From the NCBI GenBank assembly GCA_016871445.1, contig VHDH01000008.1, positions 1,801 to 65,800 of the forward strand: a stretch of 64,000 nt of DNA. Reading direction: 5' to 3'. The DNA comes from Verrucomicrobiota bacterium. GTDB lineage: Bacteria; Verrucomicrobiota; Verrucomicrobiia; Limisphaerales; SXTU01. Below the pieces are notes generated by a model, which was given only the letters and a program-made list of their open reading frames with translations, was not told where the DNA came from and searched no databases. Below are positions 52,775 to 62,585 of this stretch, in pieces. Positions within the stretch are counted from its first letter, which is position 1; each line of letters opens with the position of its first letter. The translations under genes were made by a program, and so were the position numbers.

Positions 52775-54568
52775 TTAGAGATACTCCTGTACCGTCCGTA
52801 CCGCGTAGCTGCTCTTTTTCAACGCGGCAATTCCCAGCGCAGCGGCGCGCGCGCCGGAGAGCGTGGTCATGATGGGCGTGCCGGTGTAGACCGCTGTGGT
52901 GCGGATTTTGATTTCGTCCGCGCGCGGGGACTGGCCAGCCGGGGTGTTAATGACGAGCTGGATTTCTTTATTCTTAAGCAGGTCAATCGCGTTGGGCCGG
53001 CCCTCGCCGAGTTTGAAAATCCGGCGCACTTTTATCCCGGCCCGCTCGAGCACGGCGGCGGTGCCGTTGGTGGCAATCAGTTCGAAGCCCAAGCCGGCGA
53101 ACTGTTGCGCGACTTCAACGGCGTGACTCTTGTGTGCGTCACTTACGCTGAGGAAAACGTTGCCCTTGAGTGGTAACGGTGAGTTTGCGGCCATCTGCGA
53201 CTTCGCGTAAGCCACGCCGAGGTCGGCATCGAGGCCCATGACTTCACCGGTAGAGCGCATCTCGGGGGAGAGCAAAATGTCCTGCCCATGAAACTTGTTA
53301 AACGGGAACACGGATTCCTTGACGGCCCAATACTTCGTCCAGATTTCCGTGGTGAAGCCCAGTTCCTTCAGGGTTTTCCCGGCCATCACCTTCGCAGCGA
53401 GTTTGGCGAGTGGTTTACCAATAGCCTTGCTGACGAAGGGCACCGTGCGGCTAGCGCGGGGGTTCACTTCCAACACATAGACTGTCTCGCCCTTCACGGC
53501 GTATTGCACGTTCATCAGGCCGACGACCTTGAGTTCCTGGGCCATGGCGTGCGTGTAGCGGCGGATGGTTCCAATGACGGACGGAGAAAGCGTGTGCGGT
53601 GGCAGGACCATCGCAGCATCGCCAGAGTGAACCCCCGCGAACTCGATGTGCTCAAGCATCCCGCCGATGACGATAGTGCCGCCGTTGGGCAAGCCCACGT
53701 CCGCGATGCAGTCCACGTCTACCTCGGTTGCGTCTTCGAGGAACTTGTCCACGAGCACGGGGCGGCCGGCGGAGATCTCCAGTGCGGCGTTATAGTGGAA
53801 ATAGTCGCGCAGTTCCTGCTCGGAGAAGACGATTTGCATCGCGCGCCCGCCAAGCACGAACGACGGCCGCACTAGCACAGGGTATGTCAGCCGCTTTGCT
53901 ACGGCCAGCGCTTCATCGGCAGTCGTAGCTGTGCCATTGGGCGGCTGGGGAATCTGGAGCTTGTCCAGCATCGCGGCAAAGAGCTTGCGGTCCTCAGCGA
54001 TTTCTATGCTCTGCGGGCTGGTACCGATGATATTAACGCCGTTTTTCTGCAGGCCGAGTGCGAGGTTTAGCGGTGTTTGCCCACCGAATTGCGCGATGGC
54101 CCCCCAGCATTTCTCCCGCTCGTAAATGTGCAGCACATCCTCCAAAGTAAGCGGCTCGAAAAAGAGTTTGTCCGATGTGTCGTAGTCGGTGGAAACGGTC
54201 TCGGGGTTCGAGTTTACCATGATGGTCTCGAAGCCGTCCTCCTTCAGGGCAAAGGCGGCGTGGACACAGCAGTAATCAAATTCGATGCCCTGTCCGATGC
54301 GATTCGGGCCGCCTCCGAGAATCATCACCTTCCGCGCCGTGTTGCCTTTCACCTCATCGTCGCCGCGGTCGTAGGTCGAGTAGTAGTAAGGCGTGTAGGC
54401 CTCGAACTCCGCCGCACAGGTGTCCACGAGGCGGTAACTGGGCACCAGACCGAGGCGCTTGCGCTCAATACGGACCTCGTCTTCGGTGCGCCCGGTTAGG
54501 TAAGCGATCTGGCGGTCAGAAAACCCGAGGGACTTGGCTTTGGCGAGTTGTTCAGCGGAGAGCGGCAT
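52775..54568 (-). CDS. carB: carbamoyl-phosphate synthase large subunit, C-terminal half only
   Basis: It aligns from about E. coli CarB residue 485 (my recollection of that sequence) to the end. Matches include RLVDTCAAEFEAYTPYYYSTY, ILGGGPNRIGQGIEFDYCCVHA and EVNPRASRTVPFVSKA, plus the MGS-like tail. The gene immediately upstream is an unrelated transporter. Confidence 0.9.
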   Translation of the reverse strand: MPLSAEQLAKAKSLGFSDRQIAYLTGRTEDEVRIERKRLGLVPSYRLVDTCAAEFEAYTPYYYSTYDRGDDEVKGNTARKVMILGGGPNRIGQGIEFDYCCVHAAFALKEDGFETIMVNSNPETVSTDYDTSDKLFFEPLTLEDVLHIYEREKCWGAIAQFGGQTPLNLALGLQKNGVNIIGTSPQSIEIAEDRKLFAAMLDKLQIPQPPNGTATTADEALAVAKRLTYPVLVRPSFVLGGRAMQIVFSEQELRDYFHYNAALEISAGRPVLVDKFLEDATEVDVDCIADVGLPNGGTIVIGGMLEHIEFAGVHSGDAAMVLPPHTLSPSVIGTIRRYTHAMAQELKVVGLMNVQYAVKGETVYVLEVNPRASRTVPFVSKAIGKPLAKLAAKVMAGKTLKELGFTTEIWTKYWAVKESVFPFNKFHGQDILLSPEMRSTGEVMGLDADLGVAYAKSQMAANSPLPLKGNVFLSVSDAHKSHAVEVAQQFAGLGFELIATNGTAAVLERAGIKVRRIFKLGEGRPNAIDLLKNKEIQLVINTPAGQSPRADEIKIRTTAVYTGTPIMTTLSGARAAALGIAALKKSSYAVRTVQEYL

Positions 54569-54628
54569 GGCGAAAATTTCCGGCGAAGTAAGCCGGACGC
54601 TGACGGCGCTGGCAAGTGTCAAAGGGCC

Positions 54629-55543
54629 TTAACCCAGTACTAGCGCAATCGCTGTCATCATCATCACCGCGCCCGCCAGCCGCCAGCGCAGCACGGCCGC
54701 GCCAAGGTGTTGTTCCTTGTTCGCGAACCAATGCCCGATGGCCCACACCGCTACCACGCTCCACAGCCCGCGCGAGCTATAAATCACGTTCGCTTGCGCC
54801 GCACCACCGAAGTGCGCGATACAACTCACGAAGATAACCGATTGCAGCCCGATGCCTGCACACCCGCCCAATAACCACGGCCACGCGGGCCGGGGGATGG
54901 CCCAGAGCGGCGCTTTGAAAAACGGTACGAATCCCAAGCTAAAGATGGCCGTGAAGGCCAGCATCACCGGTAGGAACCGTCCCAACCCCCATGCCGGCGA
55001 CCACTTTTGTACTAGCACATCGAAAACGGCGAACATCGTCGCCGACGCCCCTGCGCACAGCACCGTGCGCCCGACGTGATGATGCGCCGCGCCCTCGGTG
55101 CGGTTCAAAAGCGCGATGGCCACGGAACTCAGTGTCGCTGCGGCCCACAGCGTCGGCGAGACGCCGGAGGTCAGCAGCAGCTTCGTGAAGATGGCGACGA
55201 GAATGATTTTCAAGCCCATCACCGGCGTGGCCACTGAGACATCCCCGTTTTGGAGCGCAAGGAAGTTAAGGAATTGACCGAGCAGATAAAACACCGCTAC
55301 GAGTGCAGGCTGCCAGAGCAGATCAACGTGGAAGTTGCCGCCGAAGGGCAGCAGCAATGAGAAGATGACGGCGGCGATGACATTGCCGAGAAACGCCGTG
55401 CGCCATATGCCCACGTCAAATTCAGATGCGCGCTTGGCTAGCAGTGCGCCTGCGACGTAAACCAGCGCAGCGACTAGCGGAAGCAGAATGGGCAGCAAAC
55501 CGTTCATCTCGGCAGCGTAACGACCAACGTTTAGAGGCTCCAT
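54629..55543 (-). CDS. EamA/DMT-superfamily transporter
   Basis: It has about 10 predicted TM helices and is 304 aa. The stop lies 60 nt before the carB-C start. Confidence 0.7.
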   Translation of the reverse strand: MEPLNVGRYAAEMNGLLPILLPLVAALVYVAGALLAKRASEFDVGIWRTAFLGNVIAAVIFSLLLPFGGNFHVDLLWQPALVAVFYLLGQFLNFLALQNGDVSVATPVMGLKIILVAIFTKLLLTSGVSPTLWAAATLSSVAIALLNRTEGAAHHHVGRTVLCAGASATMFAVFDVLVQKWSPAWGLGRFLPVMLAFTAIFSLGFVPFFKAPLWAIPRPAWPWLLGGCAGIGLQSVIFVSCIAHFGGAAQANVIYSSRGLWSVVAVWAIGHWFANKEQHLGAAVLRWRLAGAVMMMTAIALVLG

Positions 55544-55750
55544 TCCGAATCGCCAGCATTTTGCTAATCGGCAATTGACCTTTGGTTATCGGCCCACGCG
55601 AGTTTTTTCCTGACGTGTTTGCCACGCATATTTTCCCCTGATCTGGCCTCAGAGTAAAATTGGACTCCAAATAAGTTTGGCACTTTTGCATGCGACACGG
55701 TGGGTGTTTTGGTCAAAGTGCGCTCGGAATTCGCTTCGTTTTTGGTTTCC

Positions 55751-57382
55751 TTACTCCTTCGCTTTCTTGGGCTGGGCTTTCTTGTTGGCGGGGTCGGCGG
55801 TGAGGAAGCGTTTCCAGTTCACGGGCACGTCGTTGGCCTGCTTCGCGCCGGGTGTGCTGCGGCCTTCGCTCACGAGCTTGTCCATCACGGCGGTGAGTTC
55901 GGCGACCAACTCGGGTTTCTCGGCGGCGAGGTTCTTGGTTTCGCCGAGGTCGGTGGCGAGGTCGTAGAGCTGGGCGCGAGGTGAATTGTCTTTCGGTGCG
56001 GCCACACCGCCAAATCCGCCGCCTGCTGGCCCGGCGATGAATTTCCATTGGCCTTGCCGCAGCGATGCGAGCCCGCTGGACCCGTGGCTGATGGCGTGTT
56101 CCCGAATGACCTTGTCCTCACCGCGCAGCAGTGGCAGCAGGCTGAAGCTGTCTTCGCCGGCGGTGGGTGGGAGCTTCGTGCCGAGCACGTCGGCGAAGGT
56201 CGCCATGAAGTCCGCCTGCATCACGAGTTGGTCGCAGCGCGAGCCGGGTTTCACCACGCCGGGCCAGCGCACGATGAAAGGCACGCGATGCCCGCCTTCC
56301 CACGCGTCGGCTTTGTAGCCGCGCAACGGGCCGCTGGGGAAATGGCCTTTCGCCTCCATTTCTTTGACCCCGATATACGGCGCGCACCCGTTGTCGCTGG
56401 TGAAGATGACGAGGGTCTTGTCCGCTGCGCCGCTCTTCTCCAGTGCGGCGAGCACGCGCCCCACGGTGGCATCCGTTTCCATCACGAGATCGGCATAGTC
56501 GCCGAGGCCGCTCTTGCCCTGCCACTCCTTGTTCACCGCGAGCGGCGTGTGCGGAGAGGTCAGCGGCATGTAGAGGAAGAATGGTTCCGCTTGCTTCGCG
56601 CCGCGCTCGATGACGGCGCACGCGCGGTCGGTGAGTGCGGGGAGAATGGTTTCGAGCGCCCAATCCTTCAGCGCGGGGCCCTGGATGCTGGCTTGGTTTT
56701 TTGCCAACCGCGCGGGCGCGAGCAGTTCTGTCGGAGTCCCCACGGTGCGGTCGTTTTCAATGAAACAATAGGGCGGCCAATTCGGCACGTCGGTGCCGAA
56801 GTAAGTGTCGAAGCCGCGCGTGATGGGGCCGCCACCGATGGGCTTGGCATAGACTTCCTTCCACGCCGCGCGATGTGCGTCCGAGACGCTGGTGGTGACT
56901 TCGCCGCCACCGCCGGCCTTGCCGCCGAAGCCGGCGAAGAGCGGGCGCTGCGCCGGTGTGATGGCCCAGTCCCAGCCGAGATGCCACTTGCCGATGGCGG
57001 CGGTGCGGTAGCCGTGCTGCTTGAGCAGCCCTGCGAGCGTGAGCCGGTCCGGCGCGATGAGTGGCCGCCCCAGATAGCCAACGATGCCGGCTTGCAAGCT
57101 TGTGCGCCAATGGTAGCGCCCCGTCAGCAGCGTGTAGCGCGTGGGCGAACAAACGCCGCTGCTCGTATGCGCATCAGTGAAGCGCATCCCCTGCGATGCG
57201 AGCTGGTCTAGGTTTGGCGTCGGGATTTTACCGCGTTGCGGGTTGTAGCACTGCACGTCCCCATAGCCGAGGTCGTCGGCGAGGATGAGGATGATGTTCG
57301 GCCTGGCAGGCGCGGCGGAGACTTGGGATTGGCCGCAAGAAAACGCCAGGAACGCAAAGAGGAGAAGACGGGCTGACTTCAC
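55751..57382 (-). CDS. arylsulfatase (formylglycine-dependent)
   Basis: The GTG at 57382 gives the signal KSARLLLFAFLAFSC. Motifs include NIILILADDLGYGD, the sulfatase signature SGVCSPTRYTLLTGRY, and GKWHLG. The track ORF start at 57802 overlaps the upstream gene. Confidence 0.9.
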   Translation of the reverse strand: MKSARLLLFAFLAFSCGQSQVSAAPARPNIILILADDLGYGDVQCYNPQRGKIPTPNLDQLASQGMRFTDAHTSSGVCSPTRYTLLTGRYHWRTSLQAGIVGYLGRPLIAPDRLTLAGLLKQHGYRTAAIGKWHLGWDWAITPAQRPLFAGFGGKAGGGGEVTTSVSDAHRAAWKEVYAKPIGGGPITRGFDTYFGTDVPNWPPYCFIENDRTVGTPTELLAPARLAKNQASIQGPALKDWALETILPALTDRACAVIERGAKQAEPFFLYMPLTSPHTPLAVNKEWQGKSGLGDYADLVMETDATVGRVLAALEKSGAADKTLVIFTSDNGCAPYIGVKEMEAKGHFPSGPLRGYKADAWEGGHRVPFIVRWPGVVKPGSRCDQLVMQADFMATFADVLGTKLPPTAGEDSFSLLPLLRGEDKVIREHAISHGSSGLASLRQGQWKFIAGPAGGGFGGVAAPKDNSPRAQLYDLATDLGETKNLAAEKPELVAELTAVMDKLVSEGRSTPGAKQANDVPVNWKRFLTADPANKKAQPKKAKE

Positions 57383-57405
57383 GGCTTGAGGTTGATTGGT
57401 GTTAT

Positions 57406-58488
57406 TCACTTGGCAGCCTTCTTCGCGGCGGGCTTGGTTTCCACCTTGCACTCTGGGTCCCGCGGGACGGCAGGGCCGGTCTGCTCGACGGGTTGCGTGA
57501 AGAGATAGCGCCACACGTCCTCGTGCAGGAACTTGCCGGCTTTGTCCTTCGGCGACGCACCACCGGGCACGACGGAGCTGTGCGCGCGCTTCGCGTCGCC
57601 CTTGACGTCTGCCGCGGTGATTAGGCGGCGGCTGAAGCCAAACGGTGACGGAGTTTTGTCCACGTCCACCAGCGGGCCGAACTGGTGCAGGCCGAGCAAC
57701 TCCCAAGAGCGGCAGTAGTGGTCGCCGGTCCAGCCACCGTCGAGCACATGGCTGAAGCCAAAGTAGCGGTTCGCGGGCGTGGCGGACGGTAACGCCTGCC
57801 ATATCTCGCTTTGGTCACGCGGGCCGCAAAACATCACCACGCGGTCCACCTTCACGTGCTTGGCGAAGCGCGCCGCCGTGGTCGAGCCGTGTGAACTGCC
57901 GGAGATGATGACGCGATCCCAGCGCAGGCCGGATTTGTCATCGGTGAGGAAGTAACTCCAGCGGCCGGCCGGGTTTTCCTTGGCCAGCCATTTCACGAAC
58001 ATGACCGAGCGTTCCATCATGCCGTCGGGCTTGGGGATGTTTACCAGCGGGCTGAAGTCCTCACCGGTCGCCGCTTCAAGCCGGATTTTGCCCAGCAACA
58101 GACCGTCGTCGCCGGGCGAGTCATTACCGAACTTGCCGAACCAGCCATTCGCATAGTGCACGCGAAGGAAGTGCAGCCCGTAGCTGTTCACGCGCTCAGC
58201 CAGCGGCGCGCTATGGCCCATGAGCCAAATCACAAGCTTCCCCTGTGGCTTCACGCGCGTGTCCACCGATGCGTGCTGCGTGTCCGCCGGCTTGCCGGCT
58301 TTCTCGAAGTCGAACTCAATCTCTGGATGCGGCTTCGCGCGCGGGTCGAGTTGACTGGCGCGGGCGGTCAGTTCGTAACGCTTCGGGGAAGCGTCGTTGA
58401 AGGCGAGCGTCTCATCGGCGGCGGGGGATTCGCCGCGAAAACAGGCAAAAATCGCAAAGCAAAGAGTGAGCGGACGATGCGATTTCAT
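57406..58488 (-). CDS. secreted alpha/beta-hydrolase-like protein
   Basis: A signal peptide is present. The nucleophile-elbow-like sequence is VIISGSSHGST. It is 360 aa with a Lys/Ala-rich tail. Confidence 0.6.
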   Translation of the reverse strand: MKSHRPLTLCFAIFACFRGESPAADETLAFNDASPKRYELTARASQLDPRAKPHPEIEFDFEKAGKPADTQHASVDTRVKPQGKLVIWLMGHSAPLAERVNSYGLHFLRVHYANGWFGKFGNDSPGDDGLLLGKIRLEAATGEDFSPLVNIPKPDGMMERSVMFVKWLAKENPAGRWSYFLTDDKSGLRWDRVIISGSSHGSTTAARFAKHVKVDRVVMFCGPRDQSEIWQALPSATPANRYFGFSHVLDGGWTGDHYCRSWELLGLHQFGPLVDVDKTPSPFGFSRRLITAADVKGDAKRAHSSVVPGGASPKDKAGKFLHEDVWRYLFTQPVEQTGPAVPRDPECKVETKPAAKKAAK

Positions 58489-58572
58489 GGCCGGAGGTTA
58501 ACCACGGATCAACCCAGTTGAACACGGATTTGTGTCACCAGAGAACCGCCATGAAGCACTGCGCTCGCCGCA

Positions 58573-58764
58573 CTATTCCTCCACCGCCGCGCGGTGGCCG
58601 GCGGCCAAGCGCAGCTTCGCATCCTCTGCGTTAGGGCAGCGATAAACCGCCTTAAGACAGACGGTGCAGACGCGAATGTCATGCTCGCCAGCCAGCGGGA
58701 GCTTGTCCCAATCGGCGGGGCATTCACCGGTGGCGTGCAGATTACATTCAAGGATGCGTGTCAT
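58573..58764 (-). CDS. small Cys-rich protein (possible zinc ribbon)
   Basis: It is 63 aa with the pattern C-x7-C-x17-C-x2-C-x6-C (ECNLHATGECPADWDKLP...RVCTVCLKAVYRCP). Codon usage is GC3-rich. It sits between two operon genes on the same strand. Confidence 0.45.
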   Translation of the reverse strand: MTRILECNLHATGECPADWDKLPLAGEHDIRVCTVCLKAVYRCPNAEDAKLRLAAGHRAAVEE

Positions 58765-58827
58765 ATTCGGAAGCTGGCCTGCTCGCGGAAAAGGTCAAGC
58801 TGCGCGAAGCCCGCGATCCAGCTCACT

Positions 58828-61389
58828 TCACTTCACCTTCTTCAACTCCGCGTCCGTCCAAGCGGACTCGCGGCCGCCAGTGGCAGCGCGGACTTTTTTC
58901 ACGAAGTCGGGCGCGACGGGGTCGAAGTCGTGGTCCCATGAGCGGCGGATGTAGGTCATCACGGCGGCGACGGTCTCGTCGTCAAAGGTGCCGTGGCCGG
59001 GCATGTCCATATCCCACTTCTTGCCGAGGACGGTGATAGGACCGCCGACGCCATGCAGGATGATGCGGGCGAGGCGATCGGGCGAGCCCGCCACCCACTC
59101 GCTGTCCACGAGCGGCGGCGCGAGGCCGTCTTGGCCGTAGCCGTGGGCTTGATGGCACGCGGCGCAGGTCGCCTCGAAGAGCGTCTTGCCCATGTCGAAG
59201 CGCGCTTCTTCGGCTGCGGTCAGCGGCTTGATGACGGGCAAGTTCACGCCGGGTTTGCCGGGCCACACGACGACCTTGTCGAGCTTCTTGACGGCAGCTT
59301 GCACGGCTTTGTCGCTGGACTGCGCGAGCGCGGCGAGCGCGGGCGGCGCGGCGGCGAGCTTCACATACTTCACGCGCGGCGGCGGTTCGCCTTTTTTTGT
59401 GGCGGGCGGGTTCACATTGAGGCTGGCGAGTATGGCGAGGGTTTGCCATTGCGGCGTTTCCTTGCGGATGACGAGTTCGAGCAAGCGATTTACGCGGTCG
59501 CCGCGCGCCTGCTGGAAAACGTTGCGCGCGAGCGCGCCGATGAAGCCTTCGCCGCCACTGACTTTGGCTTTGTCCGACCACGATTTGTCGGCGGCGATAC
59601 GTTCGAGCAGCTCGACCTCGCGCACGGCCAGGCCGCTGATGAGGGCGTCACGGAGAAGTGGGTTCGAGCCGGCGCTGCGGGCAAGCGTGGTCATCGCGAT
59701 TTCGGCAGCAGGGGTCTTCGCCTCGCCAAGGCTGAAGGCTAGTTGAACTTGAACCTCTGCATCCGGGGTGGTGGCCAAGGCGATGAGTGCGGGAAGAATT
59801 TTTGTTTGGTCGGAAGTCCTCAGCATCGGCTCCGCAACGCGCACGGCGGCGGCACGGACTTTTGGGTGTGGTTCTTTCGTGAGCGCAGCGATGGCGGTGT
59901 CGGCGTCGAGCTGGCCCATGCCATCGAGCGTCCAGAGCGCGTGCAGCCGAGCGCGCGGGTCGACTGCCTGGAGTGCCATTTGCTTGAGCAGCGTAAGCGC
60001 GGCGGCGGGCTGTTGCTCGACGAGCAGGCGCTGCGCGGTGTCACGCCACCAGCCGTTCGGGTGCGTAAGTGTCTTGACGAGGTCGGCGGGTTTGGCGGCC
60101 GCGAGCTGTGGCTTCGGGCCGGGGGGCTGCGCCGTGTGGACGATGCGGTAGATACGGCCGCGCTTGATGACTTTGTCGAGGCCGCGGTCCTCCGCCTGCT
60201 TGCGTAGATAGCTCGTGAGGAAGACGCGGTGCTGGAGGATGCCGTGATACATGTCCACGAGGTAAAGGCAGCCGTCGGGTCCGGTGTGGGCGTTGACGGG
60301 GCGGAACAGCTCGTCGGTGGACGTGAGGAACTCGGTTTCCTTATAAGGGTTTGTGCCGGTCAGCTCTCCGTTTTTGTCCGTGAGCACCATGCGGCGGACT
60401 AAGTTTGCGGACGGCTCGGGGATGAAGGCATTGCCTTGGAACTCGGCGGGAAAGTTGTCGCCGCGATAAATGACCGGGCCGCAGGTGGCGGTGTATTTGG
60501 CGAGCGTGCCGTCGGGCTTGAGCGTGGCAGCTTGGTAGCCGCGATTGACGCCGGGATTGACACGCGCGGGCCAAACTGTCTGGTCCCTCATCGGCTGCTG
60601 GGCGAGGCCGGCCGTCGTGCGGAAGAGCGGGTTACGGTAGTAGTATTCGCTCGGGACGTAATCGGTGCGGAGCTGGTCGGAGTTTGAGTTGTAGTAAGGC
60701 CGGCCCCAGTCGTCCATCGTGAGACCCCACTGGCCGCGGGAAGTTGTGGCCGAGCGCTTCCACTCATCGTCTATGCGCCGGAAGCGGAGGTTGTGGTTCG
60801 CGGAAACAATCCAATTGTTCATGAACCAAGTCGGGCTATTGCCGGTGTGCTCGGGATTCTTCAGGCCGTTGGGCGCGTAATGCTTGTCCACTAACATTGG
60901 CTTGCCCGGTTTCAGGCCAGCTTCGATGGGATACCACTTCAGCGCGGGCGGCTCACAAACCAACACGCCGCCGTAAGCGAGGCACACGGCGCGGGGCATT
61001 ACCAGTTTGTCGAGGAAAACAGTTTTCTTGTCCATCTTGCCGTCGCCGTCGGTGTCCTCCAGCACGCTGAGGCGGTTAATGGGGTTGAGTTCACCCTCGG
61101 CCGTCGGCGTGTTCATGTAGCTAGGGATCTCGACGACCCAAAGGCGACCATCGGCATCCCACTGCATCGTAATGGGCGTCTCGATGAGCGGATCGGCGGC
61201 GACAAGCTCGATGCGGAAGCCCGGCGGAAGCTTGAAAGTCTTGAGCGCGGCCTCGGGTGCGAGCGGCGGGTTGGCAGGGATCTTTTCCTTTGGCACGCGC
61301 GGCTCCTGTTTCTCGCCCGGTTTGTCGCCGCTTTGGGCAAGGGCGAGGGCCGAGGTAAGCAGAAGCGCGGACAAAGCTCGGGAAAACAT
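58828..61389 (-). CDS. PVC-type heme-binding CxxCH protein (putative membrane-bound dehydrogenase domain plus HEAT repeats plus cytochrome c)
   Basis: The ATG at 61389 gives the signal MFSRALSALLLTSALALAQS. The N-terminal region reads FKLPPGFRIELVAADPLIETPITMQWDADGRLWVVE. The C-terminal region reads FEATCAACHQAHGYGQDGLAPPL. Confidence 0.88.
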   Translation of the reverse strand: MFSRALSALLLTSALALAQSGDKPGEKQEPRVPKEKIPANPPLAPEAALKTFKLPPGFRIELVAADPLIETPITMQWDADGRLWVVEIPSYMNTPTAEGELNPINRLSVLEDTDGDGKMDKKTVFLDKLVMPRAVCLAYGGVLVCEPPALKWYPIEAGLKPGKPMLVDKHYAPNGLKNPEHTGNSPTWFMNNWIVSANHNLRFRRIDDEWKRSATTSRGQWGLTMDDWGRPYYNSNSDQLRTDYVPSEYYYRNPLFRTTAGLAQQPMRDQTVWPARVNPGVNRGYQAATLKPDGTLAKYTATCGPVIYRGDNFPAEFQGNAFIPEPSANLVRRMVLTDKNGELTGTNPYKETEFLTSTDELFRPVNAHTGPDGCLYLVDMYHGILQHRVFLTSYLRKQAEDRGLDKVIKRGRIYRIVHTAQPPGPKPQLAAAKPADLVKTLTHPNGWWRDTAQRLLVEQQPAAALTLLKQMALQAVDPRARLHALWTLDGMGQLDADTAIAALTKEPHPKVRAAAVRVAEPMLRTSDQTKILPALIALATTPDAEVQVQLAFSLGEAKTPAAEIAMTTLARSAGSNPLLRDALISGLAVREVELLERIAADKSWSDKAKVSGGEGFIGALARNVFQQARGDRVNRLLELVIRKETPQWQTLAILASLNVNPPATKKGEPPPRVKYVKLAAAPPALAALAQSSDKAVQAAVKKLDKVVVWPGKPGVNLPVIKPLTAAEEARFDMGKTLFEATCAACHQAHGYGQDGLAPPLVDSEWVAGSPDRLARIILHGVGGPITVLGKKWDMDMPGHGTFDDETVAAVMTYIRRSWDHDFDPVAPDFVKKVRAATGGRESAWTDAELKKVK

Positions 61390-61667
61390 GGTCGTAGAAA
61401 TCAAGACTTCAACAAAGGCCGCAATCCAAGTGCAGCTATTAAATACAAAGTAACGGAAAGCGCAAATGGCGCAACACAATGGGAGTCGAACAGTTGTAAG
61501 ATGCGTGCATCTACTTACTCGTCTCCCCTCTCTGCGTGAGGGCAGGGTAGCGATGGTTTGTTTGTCTGTGTAATTGTGTCGAACTACTTCCATTGCAGCT
61601 AGGGATCCAGTTTTCTCTTCGCCTGTTTTGCGCCATCGGCACTAAGGCAGGCGAAACCAAGGCCCGT

Positions 61668-62585
61668 TCATTTCACCAGCGCCAGCGCCGCCGCACCGGC
61701 CACGGCAATGACCGCGCCGAGGGTCGAGCGGCGTGAGGGTCGCTCCTGCTCAAGCCAGCGTGCGAAGGGCATCACCACCAGCGGCGAGAGCGCCACGATG
61801 GGCAACACGACGGCGGAGGGCGTGGTCTTGAGCGCCCATTGGTAGCAACTTACGCCGAGCGTCGGGCCGGCGAGGGCGTTGAAGACGATCCACTTGCCGG
61901 ACTTACGCCACTTTTCTGTCGTGGTTAGTGTCGGTGGCTGCAAGTCGCTGGCCCGCGAAAGAAGGAACTGCCGCTTTACCACGAGTAACGCTAGACCGGA
62001 GATGATCACGCCACCAAGGATGCGTTGATAGGCTGCTGTGATGCCGTCCATCGGCTGGCCGGCTAATGCACAAACTTCATATGCCTTGCGGCTTAAGACC
62101 ACGCCGCCGCCCTGTCCCACGGCACCCAGCACCGCAAAAAAAATTCCAATGCCAAACTGCCGTCGTTCCTCGTGTGTCTCGTGCGCCGGGGCGAGAGCGA
62201 CCGCCACGCCAGCCAGAATAACGACGCCGCATGATATCTGCGCCGCTGTCAACGTGGTTCCTAGCCATAGCCACTCCACCAAACCCGCGAACGGCGCGGC
62301 AAGGCAATGCACAATTAGAATGGTCAGCCGTGAGCCAAGGCGCGGGTAGGCCTGGAAGAGCGCGACGTCACCCAACCCAAAGCCAAGGCAGCCGCTCAGG
62401 ACAAAGATGTAAAACCCATTACCTGCCAGCCCCGCGCCAAATGCGTGCGCCATCACCGCAAGGAACAGCGTAGCCAGCGCCAGCCGCCAAAAGTTCGCCT
62501 CTGTGCCGCCCATGAGCTTCGCCACCCGCGCGCCGGAGACGGCGGAGAAGGCGAACAGGATCGTGGCGAGGACGGCACCGAGCAC
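61668..62585 (-). CDS. EamA/DMT-superfamily transporter
   Basis: It is a multi-TM protein of 305 aa. Confidence 0.7.
   Translation of the reverse strand: MLGAVLATILFAFSAVSGARVAKLMGGTEANFWRLALATLFLAVMAHAFGAGLAGNGFYIFVLSGCLGFGLGDVALFQAYPRLGSRLTILIVHCLAAPFAGLVEWLWLGTTLTAAQISCGVVILAGVAVALAPAHETHEERRQFGIGIFFAVLGAVGQGGGVVLSRKAYEVCALAGQPMDGITAAYQRILGGVIISGLALLVVKRQFLLSRASDLQPPTLTTTEKWRKSGKWIVFNALAGPTLGVSCYQWALKTTPSAVVLPIVALSPLVVMPFARWLEQERPSRRSTLGAVIAVAGAAALALVK

Noticed and set aside
57383-57802. The 140-codon N-terminal extension of the sulfatase track ORF.
   Set aside because: It overlaps the upstream alpha/beta-hydrolase gene and is Arg-rich. The GTG at 57382 gives a proper signal peptide directly before the sulfatase core.
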